Positions 21,789-30,991 of a stretch of DNA of 64,000 nucleotides are shown piece after piece. The DNA is from Candidatus Latescibacterota bacterium (GTDB lineage Bacteria; Latescibacterota; UBA2968), in assembly GCA_965207885.1 (NCBI GenBank), contig OZ242311.1, forward strand, positions 672,001 through 736,000. The letters run 5' to 3'. The number at the start of each line of letters is the position of its first letter. Position 1 is the stretch's first letter. The position numbers and the translations under genes are program-made. Under the pieces are notes generated by a model. The model saw nothing but the letters and a program-made list of their open reading frames with translations. It ran no database searches and was not told where the DNA came from.

Positions 21789-22403
21789 ATGACAGAAATG
21801 GAAGTGATTGCCGTGCAGCTTGAACCCAATAGCAATCATCCGCTGGTCTGGTTAAAGGATAAGGACCAGAAGGTTTTTTTGCCCATTGCAATTGGCAATT
21901 TTGAGGCGGTTGCGATTTCTCTGGTGCTTCACGATGAGCCGCCGCCGCGTCCTATTGCGTATGATTTGTTGTGTGCCATTATGGATGGGTTCGATGTACG
22001 CGTCGAGCAAGTGCTGGTCAGTGCGTTGAAAGACGAGACGTTTTTTGCCGAGATTACACTTGTCCGCGATGGGGAGTCGATTGTTATTGATTCGCGCCCG
22101 AGCGATGCGCTGGCATTGGCGTTGCGCGTTGATGCGCCGGTTTTTGTGGCGGACCAGGTGATTGAGGAGGCGGGGCTGTCGGTCAAGCAAGATGTGCCCA
22201 TTGAGGACGGCGAAGATAATATTGCTGCGATTGTTGCGTCTGTCGCAGAGGATGAACCCGCTGAGGAGGCGCCCGATCAGGTGACGCAGCAGGTAGATGC
22301 GCTCAAGGCGCGTTTGCAAGAGGCGGTCGCGCTGGAAGAGTACGAAGAAGCCGCCAGGCTGCGCGACGAAATCGGCAGGCTCGAACACAGTATTGAAAAA
22401 TGA
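21789..22403 (+). CDS. Bifunctional nuclease (DUF151) with C-terminal UvrB/UvrC motif
   Basis: LPIAIGNFEA, PPRP, DSRPSDALALALR, EEYEEAARLRDEI. Confidence 0.9.
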   Translation: MTEMEVIAVQLEPNSNHPLVWLKDKDQKVFLPIAIGNFEAVAISLVLHDEPPPRPIAYDLLCAIMDGFDVRVEQVLVSALKDETFFAEITLVRDGESIVIDSRPSDALALALRVDAPVFVADQVIEEAGLSVKQDVPIEDGEDNIAAIVASVAEDEPAEEAPDQVTQQVDALKARLQEAVALEEYEEAARLRDEIGRLEHSIEK

Positions 22404-22469
22404 TCGCGCGTTATTATAATATTGTATAAGCCGTGATCCAGAAGGTTCTTTATATACAGGACATTATTC

Positions 22470-22769
22470 ATGACCAGAACATTTTCCTATACTCAAGCAC
22501 GCGATAGGCTTGCCAGTCTCTGCAAAGATGTGACGGATGACAGTGATTACGTCATTATCACCCGTCCAGGGCATGAAGATGTCGCTCTGATTTCTGCATC
22601 TGAGCTTTCCAGCCTTATAGAAACTGCACATCTTCTCAGTTCACCCAAAAATGCGAAACGACTGGCAACAGCGCTAAATCGAGCAAAAGCCGGTACAGAA
22701 CCCGCTCAATCCGTTGACGACTTGCGCGGCCTTCACACTTCTTTTCTCTGCGATTCAGTATTGAAATAA
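22470..22769 (+). CDS. yefM: Phd/YefM family antitoxin, orphan, with aberrant C-terminus
   Basis: SYTQAR..LA, VIITR, ETAHLLSSPKNAKRL; no yoeB downstream. Confidence 0.8.
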   Translation: MTRTFSYTQARDRLASLCKDVTDDSDYVIITRPGHEDVALISASELSSLIETAHLLSSPKNAKRLATALNRAKAGTEPAQSVDDLRGLHTSFLCDSVLK

Positions 22770-23032
22770 AAGCACATATCTTTCACCCTATCCCCACCTC
22801 TATAGATCAAAACGTACACGCTTAACGCCCAGCGCGTTCCACGTGTATGTATCTCTCAAAGTGATTCCTGCATTCAAGAGAAGCCGCCATACAGCATATT
22901 AAAAGCCTGATGCGGCTATTTGAGCTTTTGTCCATACAATGTATCGCTCAATTTCTGTGACGTTGGCCTGATATTTGCTCAGGGTCTGACTGTTGCGTGT
23001 AAAACTCATCCATCAGACTCAGGGCATCTCAC

Positions 23033-23914
23033 ATGGCCGAATATGACACCGTCTCCAAAGATCTGATCCAGACCTATCCCAAAGACTTTATCCGCCTCAC
23101 ACTTGAACAGGACGATGTAGAAGTCCTGGACATCCTCAACACAGAGCAAAACACAGTTGAAACGCGCCACATGGATAGCCTCATTCGCGTCCAGATCGCT
23201 GGTCAGGAGGCATTGGTGCATCACGAGTTTCAAACGACTGACGATCCCTCTATGCCGCTCCGCATGGCGGGCTATATAATACGTGCGATGGGGCAGCACG
23301 GTCTGCCGGTTTCTTCGAGTGTGATCTACTTGCGGCGCAGTGCGGGTCGGCGCGATCCAGGGTATTATGTCCAGGATTTTCTCGGCCGTCGTGTTTTGAT
23401 AGAATACACAGTGATTCGGCTGAGTGAAATAGAGGGACAGGATATTATTGATGGCGGACCTTCGGGCTTGTTTCCGTTCGTGCCGTTGATGAAGCGTCCG
23501 TCTGGAATAGATTCAGAGGCGTGGTTGCATCACTGTGTTGACGCGACGAATGCTTTGCCGGTGGATGAATCAATAAAGATTGACTTTTTGGACAGGATGA
23601 TGATATTGAGTGGGTTAGAGTATGATCCAACGCTGATCAATCGTATTCTATTACAGGAGGGTCTTATGGACGCTATTATGCGCGAATCATCGTTTGCACA
23701 ATACATTAGGCAACAAGGTATAGAACAAGGGGGAAGGCAACGCGCCATTGAAGATATTCTCGACGTGTTGGAGATTCGATTTGATCTGAGTGAAGCACAT
23801 CCCTTATCTGCCCGCATTGCCGCGATTGATGATTTGCAACGCCTGAAGCAGTTGCTCCGTGCAGCGATCCAGGTGTCCAGCCTTGAGGCATTTGAGCAAG
23901 CGTTGGATGGGTGA
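23033..23914 (+). CDS. Rpn family PD-(D/E)XK nuclease/putative transposase
   Basis: YD...K.L, R.MDSL, HHEFQT..D..MPLRM..Y, helical C-terminal domain after GIEQG. Confidence 0.82.
   Translation: MAEYDTVSKDLIQTYPKDFIRLTLEQDDVEVLDILNTEQNTVETRHMDSLIRVQIAGQEALVHHEFQTTDDPSMPLRMAGYIIRAMGQHGLPVSSSVIYLRRSAGRRDPGYYVQDFLGRRVLIEYTVIRLSEIEGQDIIDGGPSGLFPFVPLMKRPSGIDSEAWLHHCVDATNALPVDESIKIDFLDRMMILSGLEYDPTLINRILLQEGLMDAIMRESSFAQYIRQQGIEQGGRQRAIEDILDVLEIRFDLSEAHPLSARIAAIDDLQRLKQLLRAAIQVSSLEAFEQALDG
23666..23914 (+). CDS. Putative internal in-frame small protein (RpnS-like, 82 aa)
   Basis: AGGAGG at 23655-23660, 5 nt before an in-frame ATG at the start of the C-terminal domain. Confidence 0.55.
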   Translation: MDAIMRESSFAQYIRQQGIEQGGRQRAIEDILDVLEIRFDLSEAHPLSARIAAIDDLQRLKQLLRAAIQVSSLEAFEQALDG

Positions 23915-23952
23915 CGCGGTTACCCTGAAGCATGACGCCAATAATCCATCAC

Positions 23953-23985
23953 CGTCATCGCGGAGTGGTTTCATCCGCGATCCAG
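23953..23985 (+). repeat. Family A palindrome variant with compensatory stem change
   Basis: CGTCATCGCGGA...TCCGCGATCCAG (A-T pair replaces C-G). Confidence 0.8.
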
Positions 23986-24083
23986 AAGGTTTTTCTATCT
24001 GACCGCTGGATGTGTCTCCCAACCAGTCCCCGCCCCTCTTACTGTCCCCGTGCCGTTTTCCTCTTCTTCATTATATTATATTT

Positions 24084-25281
24084 CATGGTACACGACAAAA
24101 CTTAAATTGTTTTAAACAGTGGCGGATTACTCAGTAAACGAATGCATATGAGGAACTGTTGGGTTTGTTGGTTTATATTGAGCAGGACATACTGCAAATA
24201 GTCCAACCCATATCGGAAGAGACTTTTCTCCATCCGCCCGTGATTTTTGATCGTCAAAGGATTTGTTTTTGCTATCCATTCGCCGATGATATGCGCCCAG
24301 ATGCAGGCAATGGCCAAAAGCGCGATGAGTTTCTCAATGCGGTCTTGATGTATAAGATGGGTCTCTTCCAGATTAAATCCTCGACTTTTAAGATTGGCAA
24401 AAAGGACTTCAATGCCCCATCGTTTTTTATAGGTATCCAATGCGGCTTGACCTTTTTGGTTGCTGGCAAGAATGAGGTATTGGTCCTTCAATCTTAGTGC
24501 AGACAGATATACAGGCAGGTCATAAACGCGGTGGCGTTTGCACAAGTTGACCTGCTGATGGATATTAAGATTTTCAAACCGTTTTCTTATGGGGATCTCT
24601 CTACCGCCTGATGAGACAAGAGCGTTTTCCTTGATGCGAATAACAAAGGGTATATTTTGTGTGTCTAACCACCTAAACCATTCTCTTCCAATAAATTCTC
24701 TGTCTGCGACGACAACGCGGATATGCGATTTGCAGATGCAGTTGAGCATTTCTTGCATCAAATGGATACGCTCATCACTATTGGAATTGCCCCGTTTTTT
24801 TAACAAGTGCCAACAGATAGGAAAGGCGACCCCTTCATAGATAATGCCTGCGGTTAGGATGTTGATATTGAATTTTCCCAACTTCCAATTGGTGCGATCT
24901 ATTGAGACTATAAAATCCGACTTTATAGGTAATAAGTGCAAGATCAATTGTCTCACACACGCATAGGGTAAGGCAAAGTGGGCAAAGAAGCGTTGGATAC
25001 GACGATAATTAGATTTCTGCTTGACGGTTCCATTGAGTGCGTTTGCCAGTTTCATAAAATTGACGCTACGCAATTTTATCAGCGACAATATGAACGCAGC
25101 GGTAAACGTTATTCGGGCTTTATGCCAGTGAAAATATCCTTGCATAATCGTTTGAAGTTCAATAGTTTCAGGAGACATAGACCTGTGCCTTGTTAAGATG
25201 AGAAAGGTTTGTCTTGGGACATTCAAACCTAACTCTTTTTAGCTTTTTTCACAGGTCTTTTATTTTTTGTCGTGTACTATG
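24084..25281 (-). mobile_element. IS4-family insertion sequence, copy 2 (1198 bp)
   Basis: Same IRs as copy 1; own 9-bp TSD ATTATATTT at 24075-24083 and 25282-25290. Confidence 0.95.
24102..25226 (-). CDS. IS4-family DDE transposase
   Basis: Translation identical to 651..1775. Confidence 0.93.
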   Translation of the reverse strand: MNVPRQTFLILTRHRSMSPETIELQTIMQGYFHWHKARITFTAAFILSLIKLRSVNFMKLANALNGTVKQKSNYRRIQRFFAHFALPYACVRQLILHLLPIKSDFIVSIDRTNWKLGKFNINILTAGIIYEGVAFPICWHLLKKRGNSNSDERIHLMQEMLNCICKSHIRVVVADREFIGREWFRWLDTQNIPFVIRIKENALVSSGGREIPIRKRFENLNIHQQVNLCKRHRVYDLPVYLSALRLKDQYLILASNQKGQAALDTYKKRWGIEVLFANLKSRGFNLEETHLIHQDRIEKLIALLAIACIWAHIIGEWIAKTNPLTIKNHGRMEKSLFRYGLDYLQYVLLNINQQTQQFLICIRLLSNPPLFKTI

Positions 25282-25361
25282 ATTATATTTACCAGATATC
25301 TCAACAGCAGACCGCCTGGCGGCAATGGGGATTGGTGTAAGTTTTCTCTTACGGAGTTGAA

Positions 25362-27005
25362 ATGGCAAGAAGAAGAACGAGAAGGACGCGTCGCGATTCG
25401 CACGGGGATCGGCAGAGGTCGTCAGTTGCTGTGGTAGATCGTTTGTTGCATTTGCAGTCGCCCGATGAACGGCCGTGGAAGTTTTTGTTGCCGGTGCTTG
25501 TTTTGGCATTTGCGGTGCGTGCGGCGATTGCGCTGTGTGGCGATTTTGTTTTGCACCCGGATGAGGTGATGCAGTATTTGGAGCCGGCGCATCGTCTGGT
25601 CTTTGGCAGTGGGGTTACTTATTGGGAGTTTTTCTACGGGGCGCGTGCATGGCTGGTGCCGGGGATGGTTGCCGGGATGTTGAAGGTGTTTGACGTTGTT
25701 GGGCTTGGCGAGCCGTTCTGGTATGTGGGTGGTGTCAAGCTGATGTTTTGTGCAATTTCTCTGCTGATTCCAGTGGGGATGTATTTTTTTGCGCGGCGGC
25801 ATTTTGGGGAGTTATCGGCGCGGGTCGCGCTATTGGCGGGTGCGTTCTGGTATGAGTTGGCGGGGTTTGCCCACAAGCCGATGACGGAGTTTGTGGCTAC
25901 GGCTTTGCTGATGGTGTTGCTGGTGCTGTGTGTGCGGTCGTCGGTGGATAGGGTGGGGACGGTCTATCTGGTGGCGCTCATAGCGGTGCTGGTGGCGGCG
26001 GTGCGGTTGCAGTACGCGCCGATTGCATTGTTGTTTTTGGGTGTGTTCTTTTTGAGGACGGGGAAGCGGGTTCATCTCGCGGTTGTTGCAGGTGTGTTTC
26101 TGTTGGCGGTGGGCCTGTTTGATGCGCTGACGTGGGATGGCGGTTTGTTTCATTCCTATATTGCGAATATCCGTTTCAATCTCATCGTTGACCAGGGGCG
26201 CGCTGGCGAGACGCCCATATACCAGTTTTTGTGGTGGTTTTTGCTGACGAGTGTCGGGTTGGGTGCGCTGTGTGTGGTTGTCGCACTGCGCGATCTGCGG
26301 CGTTATGGGTTTTTGCTGGCGATGGTGGCTCTGGTGTTGCTGGTTCATTCTGTGCAGGCGCACAAGGAGTATCGGTTCGTTTTTGCGGTTGTTCCGCTGT
26401 GGCTTGTGATTGGCGCAGATGTGGTTGTGCGAGCCTTCGGGAATGCGCGTGTGTGGGGATTGGTGGGCGTTTTGTTCGCGGCAATTTCGATAGGTGGGGT
26501 TCTGAATGCGCTGCCTGCCCAGGATCAGGTGTATCGCGCTTTTTCCAGGGAGACGGGGAAGATGGGGTTTGTCCGCGGTCAGGATCCGATTTTTGCCGCG
26601 TATCGCTATCTGGCCCACGCGCCCGGTGTTCTGGGCGTGTGGCAGGTTGATCGGCCCTATTATAAGCTCCCCGGATATTACTATTTGCACCGCGAAATAC
26701 CGTTTTACGATGTGTATTCGGGGCGGGAAATAAACAAAAGTCTGGAGATAACAGCGGCCTCGGTTAGCCATATTGTGGCGGCGGATACCAGTCTCGCCAA
26801 TCCCATTTTCGGCTATACGGTGGAGAAGCAATTCGGCGATGTCCAGATCTGGCGCCGCGACGAGAATGATGCGCCGGTCCGTCAATGGGAGACGTACAAT
26901 CCGATCATCGTCATCGGTTTGAAACGGGTTTTGGCGCACCTCTATCCCAATGCGCCAAAACCTCCGGCTAATAGTGGTATCAGATTCGCGGCTGAAAGCA
27001 GGTAA
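25362..27005 (+). CDS. GT-C membrane glycosyltransferase, PIG-B/Alg9-like (GT22)
   Basis: HPDEVMQYLEPAHRLVFG...WEF loop after TM1; HKEYRF; about 11 TM helices. Confidence 0.78.
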   Translation: MARRRTRRTRRDSHGDRQRSSVAVVDRLLHLQSPDERPWKFLLPVLVLAFAVRAAIALCGDFVLHPDEVMQYLEPAHRLVFGSGVTYWEFFYGARAWLVPGMVAGMLKVFDVVGLGEPFWYVGGVKLMFCAISLLIPVGMYFFARRHFGELSARVALLAGAFWYELAGFAHKPMTEFVATALLMVLLVLCVRSSVDRVGTVYLVALIAVLVAAVRLQYAPIALLFLGVFFLRTGKRVHLAVVAGVFLLAVGLFDALTWDGGLFHSYIANIRFNLIVDQGRAGETPIYQFLWWFLLTSVGLGALCVVVALRDLRRYGFLLAMVALVLLVHSVQAHKEYRFVFAVVPLWLVIGADVVVRAFGNARVWGLVGVLFAAISIGGVLNALPAQDQVYRAFSRETGKMGFVRGQDPIFAAYRYLAHAPGVLGVWQVDRPYYKLPGYYYLHREIPFYDVYSGREINKSLEITAASVSHIVAADTSLANPIFGYTVEKQFGDVQIWRRDENDAPVRQWETYNPIIVIGLKRVLAHLYPNAPKPPANSGIRFAAESR

Positions 27006-27022
27006 ATTGTTAGAGGTGATCC

Positions 27023-29002
27023 TTGGCTAATCGCAAGCAGTCTCGACAGCGATATCCGCACTTCGGCTATCGAATTGCCCTGCTTGCGGCAGTGTGCTTT
27101 GTCTTGCCGCAGGTGGTCATTGCCAATTCGCTACTTCACCACTTCTACATCTACGGTGCCCCTCTTTACGATGCTGGCTGGTTTGCCTACTGGATGACCC
27201 ATGCGCTGACGCTGGATGTTACGAGTATTCCCAGCATAGAAGATGTCCCGATGCCGATGCTGGGGCGTCACGTTTTCCTTTTTTTTCTTCCTCTTTCATG
27301 GATTTACCAGATATTTTCGTGGTTTCTGTCCGAGCAGATCTATTTTTCAATCGTGCAGGGTGCGTGGGCAGGGATGGTCAGTTTAGCGGTTTTTTTAATC
27401 GGCTATAGGGCGATGAATTGCTGGCTACTTGCGGTTGTATCCGTCGCCACCGGGCTAAACCCATTTGTGTTTACATCGACCAGTTTTCCCCATGTGGAGA
27501 TGGCGATGCCCGCATTTATCGCCCTGTTTATCGCTTCATGGATACGTCTGCGTGAACACCGTCGTTTGTGGTGGATGCCCTTTTTGCCACTGGCCGGTCT
27601 GCTCAGTGTCAGAGAGGATGCGGGGTTGCAAGGGGCCTGTTTGTTCATTCTGCTGACCGCGTACTTCTGGTGGCGCGTACGGGAGCGGCGGGACTTATGC
27701 CGGTTTTTTGGGCTGGTGTCCCTTGTTTGCATTGGGTACAGCGTTGTGGCATTTCTGGTGCGGCAGTCCTTCTCTGCCGGCGACGACACTATCGTGTGGA
27801 AGTTTGTCGGTTCGCCGCCCTACGCGCACCTGACCTTTGACCTGATTTGGGAACGGTTGGCCTTTATCGCGTCCAACCGTGAGTATGTGTACATCCCCAT
27901 GCTGGCGTTGGCTTTGCTCGCTGTCCTGCAAAGAAGCCTGTTGCCCCTGATCGCAGCGGTTTCGGTTTTGCCGTGGATGCTGTGGCATTTGATAGCGAAA
28001 GACCCGCTGGCTGGCACTTTTTTTCCCTATACGATGGCACCGGTGATGGTGGTGATGTTCTGGCCCCTATCGTCCGCCTTGCTGCGGAAGATGACGCAGG
28101 AGCCGGATGCTGCGCGGAAACACTCTGACCGACAAGGAGAATCAACGCCACCGAAATTCTGGTCAAAGATCACGGCGCAGTTTGATCGCCGACATATTCT
28201 GATTGCCGCTCTGCTGCAACTGGTTCTTTGTGTGTCTCTGACCGCTACCCTGACGGGTAACGACAATGTCCGCAAGATGGTCGTGCGCGATGGGTTCAGT
28301 TTTTCGTATATGGACAAGATCGCGCCAGTTGACCACGCGACCGATATAGTCCACAGGCTTATTGTCGATAATGCGATGGGCGAGTTTATTATGGACGAGG
28401 CGATGGCATCACTAATTTTGACGGATGTGCGACCTCACAATGTCCTGTCCCACGAATACTCTAAGTTTCAATATTTTGACGCTGCTGAGAGCGCAATCAC
28501 CTTTTCGTCGGGATTTCAGCCGTACTTTCAGCATGTAAATGACCGATTCGTTTATCACTATCCACAGGCAGATATTTATATTGTGAGCAAAAATGCTATT
28601 GTCGCGCTGGACGACACGCCCTTTGAACTGCAGAAGCTGTCTGAGGATGGTCGCGATTCTGCTGCGTTTAAGGCAGGCTGGCTCGGTACCAACCTCGGTC
28701 CGCTGAGTATCGGACAAAGTTCAAGTGTGCTGGTAGATGCAAATAGCGACGCAACGCTGTGCTTTGCTGTTCTGGCGCCGCTTCACCCGCCAGAGCATCC
28801 GTTGGAAGTCGCTATCTCATACGCTGGCGTGCCGACGCAGTCGCTCCAATTGGATAATAAGACGAGGAAGGACGCGTGTATTTCGATGTCGGAGTTGTCC
28901 GGCGATGTGCGCGTGCGCTTCAGCGTTGCCAACCCGCACCAGAGTAAGGACGAGTTCAACGGCGGTGGTCTCTCCATCACCGATATCGCGTGGCGGGAAT
29001 GA
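27023..29002 (+). CDS. Polytopic membrane protein, probable GT-C fold glycosyltransferase
   Basis: YDAGWF after TM1, FPHVE, SVREDAG; periplasmic C-terminal domain. Confidence 0.55.
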   Translation: MANRKQSRQRYPHFGYRIALLAAVCFVLPQVVIANSLLHHFYIYGAPLYDAGWFAYWMTHALTLDVTSIPSIEDVPMPMLGRHVFLFFLPLSWIYQIFSWFLSEQIYFSIVQGAWAGMVSLAVFLIGYRAMNCWLLAVVSVATGLNPFVFTSTSFPHVEMAMPAFIALFIASWIRLREHRRLWWMPFLPLAGLLSVREDAGLQGACLFILLTAYFWWRVRERRDLCRFFGLVSLVCIGYSVVAFLVRQSFSAGDDTIVWKFVGSPPYAHLTFDLIWERLAFIASNREYVYIPMLALALLAVLQRSLLPLIAAVSVLPWMLWHLIAKDPLAGTFFPYTMAPVMVVMFWPLSSALLRKMTQEPDAARKHSDRQGESTPPKFWSKITAQFDRRHILIAALLQLVLCVSLTATLTGNDNVRKMVVRDGFSFSYMDKIAPVDHATDIVHRLIVDNAMGEFIMDEAMASLILTDVRPHNVLSHEYSKFQYFDAAESAITFSSGFQPYFQHVNDRFVYHYPQADIYIVSKNAIVALDDTPFELQKLSEDGRDSAAFKAGWLGTNLGPLSIGQSSSVLVDANSDATLCFAVLAPLHPPEHPLEVAISYAGVPTQSLQLDNKTRKDACISMSELSGDVRVRFSVANPHQSKDEFNGGGLSITDIAWRE

Positions 29003-29126
29003 AGGTAGCGAGATAGGAGAGGTGTGAGTGGGGATATTTGGGATGACAAGTATAAATTATTTGTCTATGTTGTGCAGGTGCAATAAGAAAAAATAAATGT
29101 CTGACAGACGATGGGAGTGACTAAAG

Positions 29127-29906
29127 ATGAAGGCAGTTATTCTGGCAGGTGGCCTGGGTACGCGCCTGGCGGAAGAAACAACGACCAGGCCAAAGCCGAT
29201 GGTCGAAATCGGCGGGCAGCCCATGCTCTGGCATATTATGAAAATATACCAGCAGCACGGGGTGTCCGATTTTATTGTGTGCCTGGGGTACAAAGGCGAT
29301 GTGATCAAGCAATATTTCCTCAATTACCGCAGCTATGTTTCAGATGTTTTTGTCGATCTTGCCAGTGGTAAGGTCGATTACGGCAAAGACCAGGTCGAGC
29401 CATGGCGCGTGACGCTTGCCGATACCGGGGAGAGAACGCAGACGGGGGGGCGGATCAGGCGCGTGCGCGACTATATCGGGGATGAGACCTTTTGTATGAC
29501 TTATGGCGATGCGGTTACGGATCTGGATATTGGGCGGGTGGTTGATTTTCACCTGTCGCACGGGAAAATGGCGACGGTTACGGCGGTGCGGCCTATCGCG
29601 CGTTTCGGAACGATAGAGTTGGATGGGCATCTCGTGTCGCATTTTGAAGAGAAACCTCCGGACGAAGGCGGGTGGGTCAATGGTGGTTTTTTCGTTCTGT
29701 CTCCCGGTGTTTTCGATCTCATTGACGGCGATGACGTTGTGTGGGAGCACTTCCCTATGCAGCACCTGGCCGCGGAAGGCGAATTGGCTGCCTATCTTCA
29801 CGATGGGTTCTGGCACTGCATGGATACGCCTCGGGACAAGCTCAATTTGGAAGAGTTGTGGGACAGCGGGAATCCGCCCTGGACGACCTGGAAAGGGGCG
29901 GTTTGA
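29127..29906 (+). CDS. rfbF: Glucose-1-phosphate cytidylyltransferase
   Basis: ILAGGLGTRLAEET..RPKPMVEIG, TGGR, TYGD, FWHCMDT. Confidence 0.95.
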   Translation: MKAVILAGGLGTRLAEETTTRPKPMVEIGGQPMLWHIMKIYQQHGVSDFIVCLGYKGDVIKQYFLNYRSYVSDVFVDLASGKVDYGKDQVEPWRVTLADTGERTQTGGRIRRVRDYIGDETFCMTYGDAVTDLDIGRVVDFHLSHGKMATVTAVRPIARFGTIELDGHLVSHFEEKPPDEGGWVNGGFFVLSPGVFDLIDGDDVVWEHFPMQHLAAEGELAAYLHDGFWHCMDTPRDKLNLEELWDSGNPPWTTWKGAV

Positions 29907-30991
29907 TGAACTGGCAGGGAAGGCGGGTCTTTGTGACCGGGCATACCGGATTTAAGGGCGGATGGCTGAGTTTGTGGTTGCACGAGGTCGGGGCACACGT
30001 ATTTGGTTATGGCCTGTTGCCGGAATCTGAGCCAAATTTGTTTGCGGCTGCGGGTATTGATCGCTTTGTTGACAGTACAATAGCCGATGTTCGGGATCTT
30101 TCCGCAGTGTGCGAAGCCCTGTCTCGTAGCGAGGCAGAGGTCGTGTTCCACCTTGCGGCTCAGCCACTGGTGCAACGCGGCTATGCAGATCCCATTGGGA
30201 CTTATTCGACGAATGTTATGGGTACGGCTCACGTCCTGGAGGCGGCTCGGGAGTGCGAGCGTGTGCGGGCGGTGGTTGTGGTGACGACGGATAAGTGTTA
30301 CGAGAGCAGGGAATGGGTTTGGGGGTATCGGGAAAATGATCGGCTGGGGGGAGACGATCCATATAGCAGCAGCAAGGCGTGTGCCGAGTTGTTGGCGCAG
30401 GCTTATCGACGGTCTTTTACCGGGGAGGATAAGCGGGATTTGCTGATTGCTACGGCGCGGGCGGGAAATGTCATTGGCGGTGGAGACTGGGCGCGAGATC
30501 GGTTGATTCCCGATGCTGTGCGCGCTTTTGGGGCGGGGGAGGTGTTGTTGATTCGCGCGCCCCATGCGGTGCGCCCGTGGCAGCATGTGTTGGAACCGAT
30601 CGGTGGGTATATCGCTCTGGCAGAGCGGTTGTTGAAAGGCGAGGCGAGACAGGCCGGTGCGTTTAATTTTGGTCCGATGCCGGGCAATGCTCGGTCTGTG
30701 CAAGAGGTCGTCGATGCTGTGGCAGAGTTGTGGGGAAATGGGGCGCAGTACAGGATTGATTGTCGGGAGTATCCGCCTGAGACGCGGTTGTTGTCTATCG
30801 ATAGTACAAAGGCGATGACGATGTTGGATTGGTGCCCGCGGCTGGATATGGTGACAACTTTGAAGATGACGGTTGATTGGTACAGGGCGCACTTGAGGGC
30901 CGCGGATATGAGCTGCGTGACCCGTGAACAGATCTGCGCTTATATGGAAATGCAAGCAATGCCTTTTGATGAGATCTATGGTGAATGTTAA
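29906..30991 (+). CDS. rfbG: CDP-glucose 4,6-dehydratase
   Basis: VTGHTGFKGGWL, HLAAQPLV, TTDKCY, DPYSSSK, ARAGNVIGGGDW, RPWQHVLEP. Confidence 0.95.
   Translation: MNWQGRRVFVTGHTGFKGGWLSLWLHEVGAHVFGYGLLPESEPNLFAAAGIDRFVDSTIADVRDLSAVCEALSRSEAEVVFHLAAQPLVQRGYADPIGTYSTNVMGTAHVLEAARECERVRAVVVVTTDKCYESREWVWGYRENDRLGGDDPYSSSKACAELLAQAYRRSFTGEDKRDLLIATARAGNVIGGGDWARDRLIPDAVRAFGAGEVLLIRAPHAVRPWQHVLEPIGGYIALAERLLKGEARQAGAFNFGPMPGNARSVQEVVDAVAELWGNGAQYRIDCREYPPETRLLSIDSTKAMTMLDWCPRLDMVTTLKMTVDWYRAHLRAADMSCVTREQICAYMEMQAMPFDEIYGEC

Noticed and set aside
22770-23032. yoeB toxin or ncRNA downstream of yefM
   Set aside because: No toxin-like ORF and no recognisable RNA motif.
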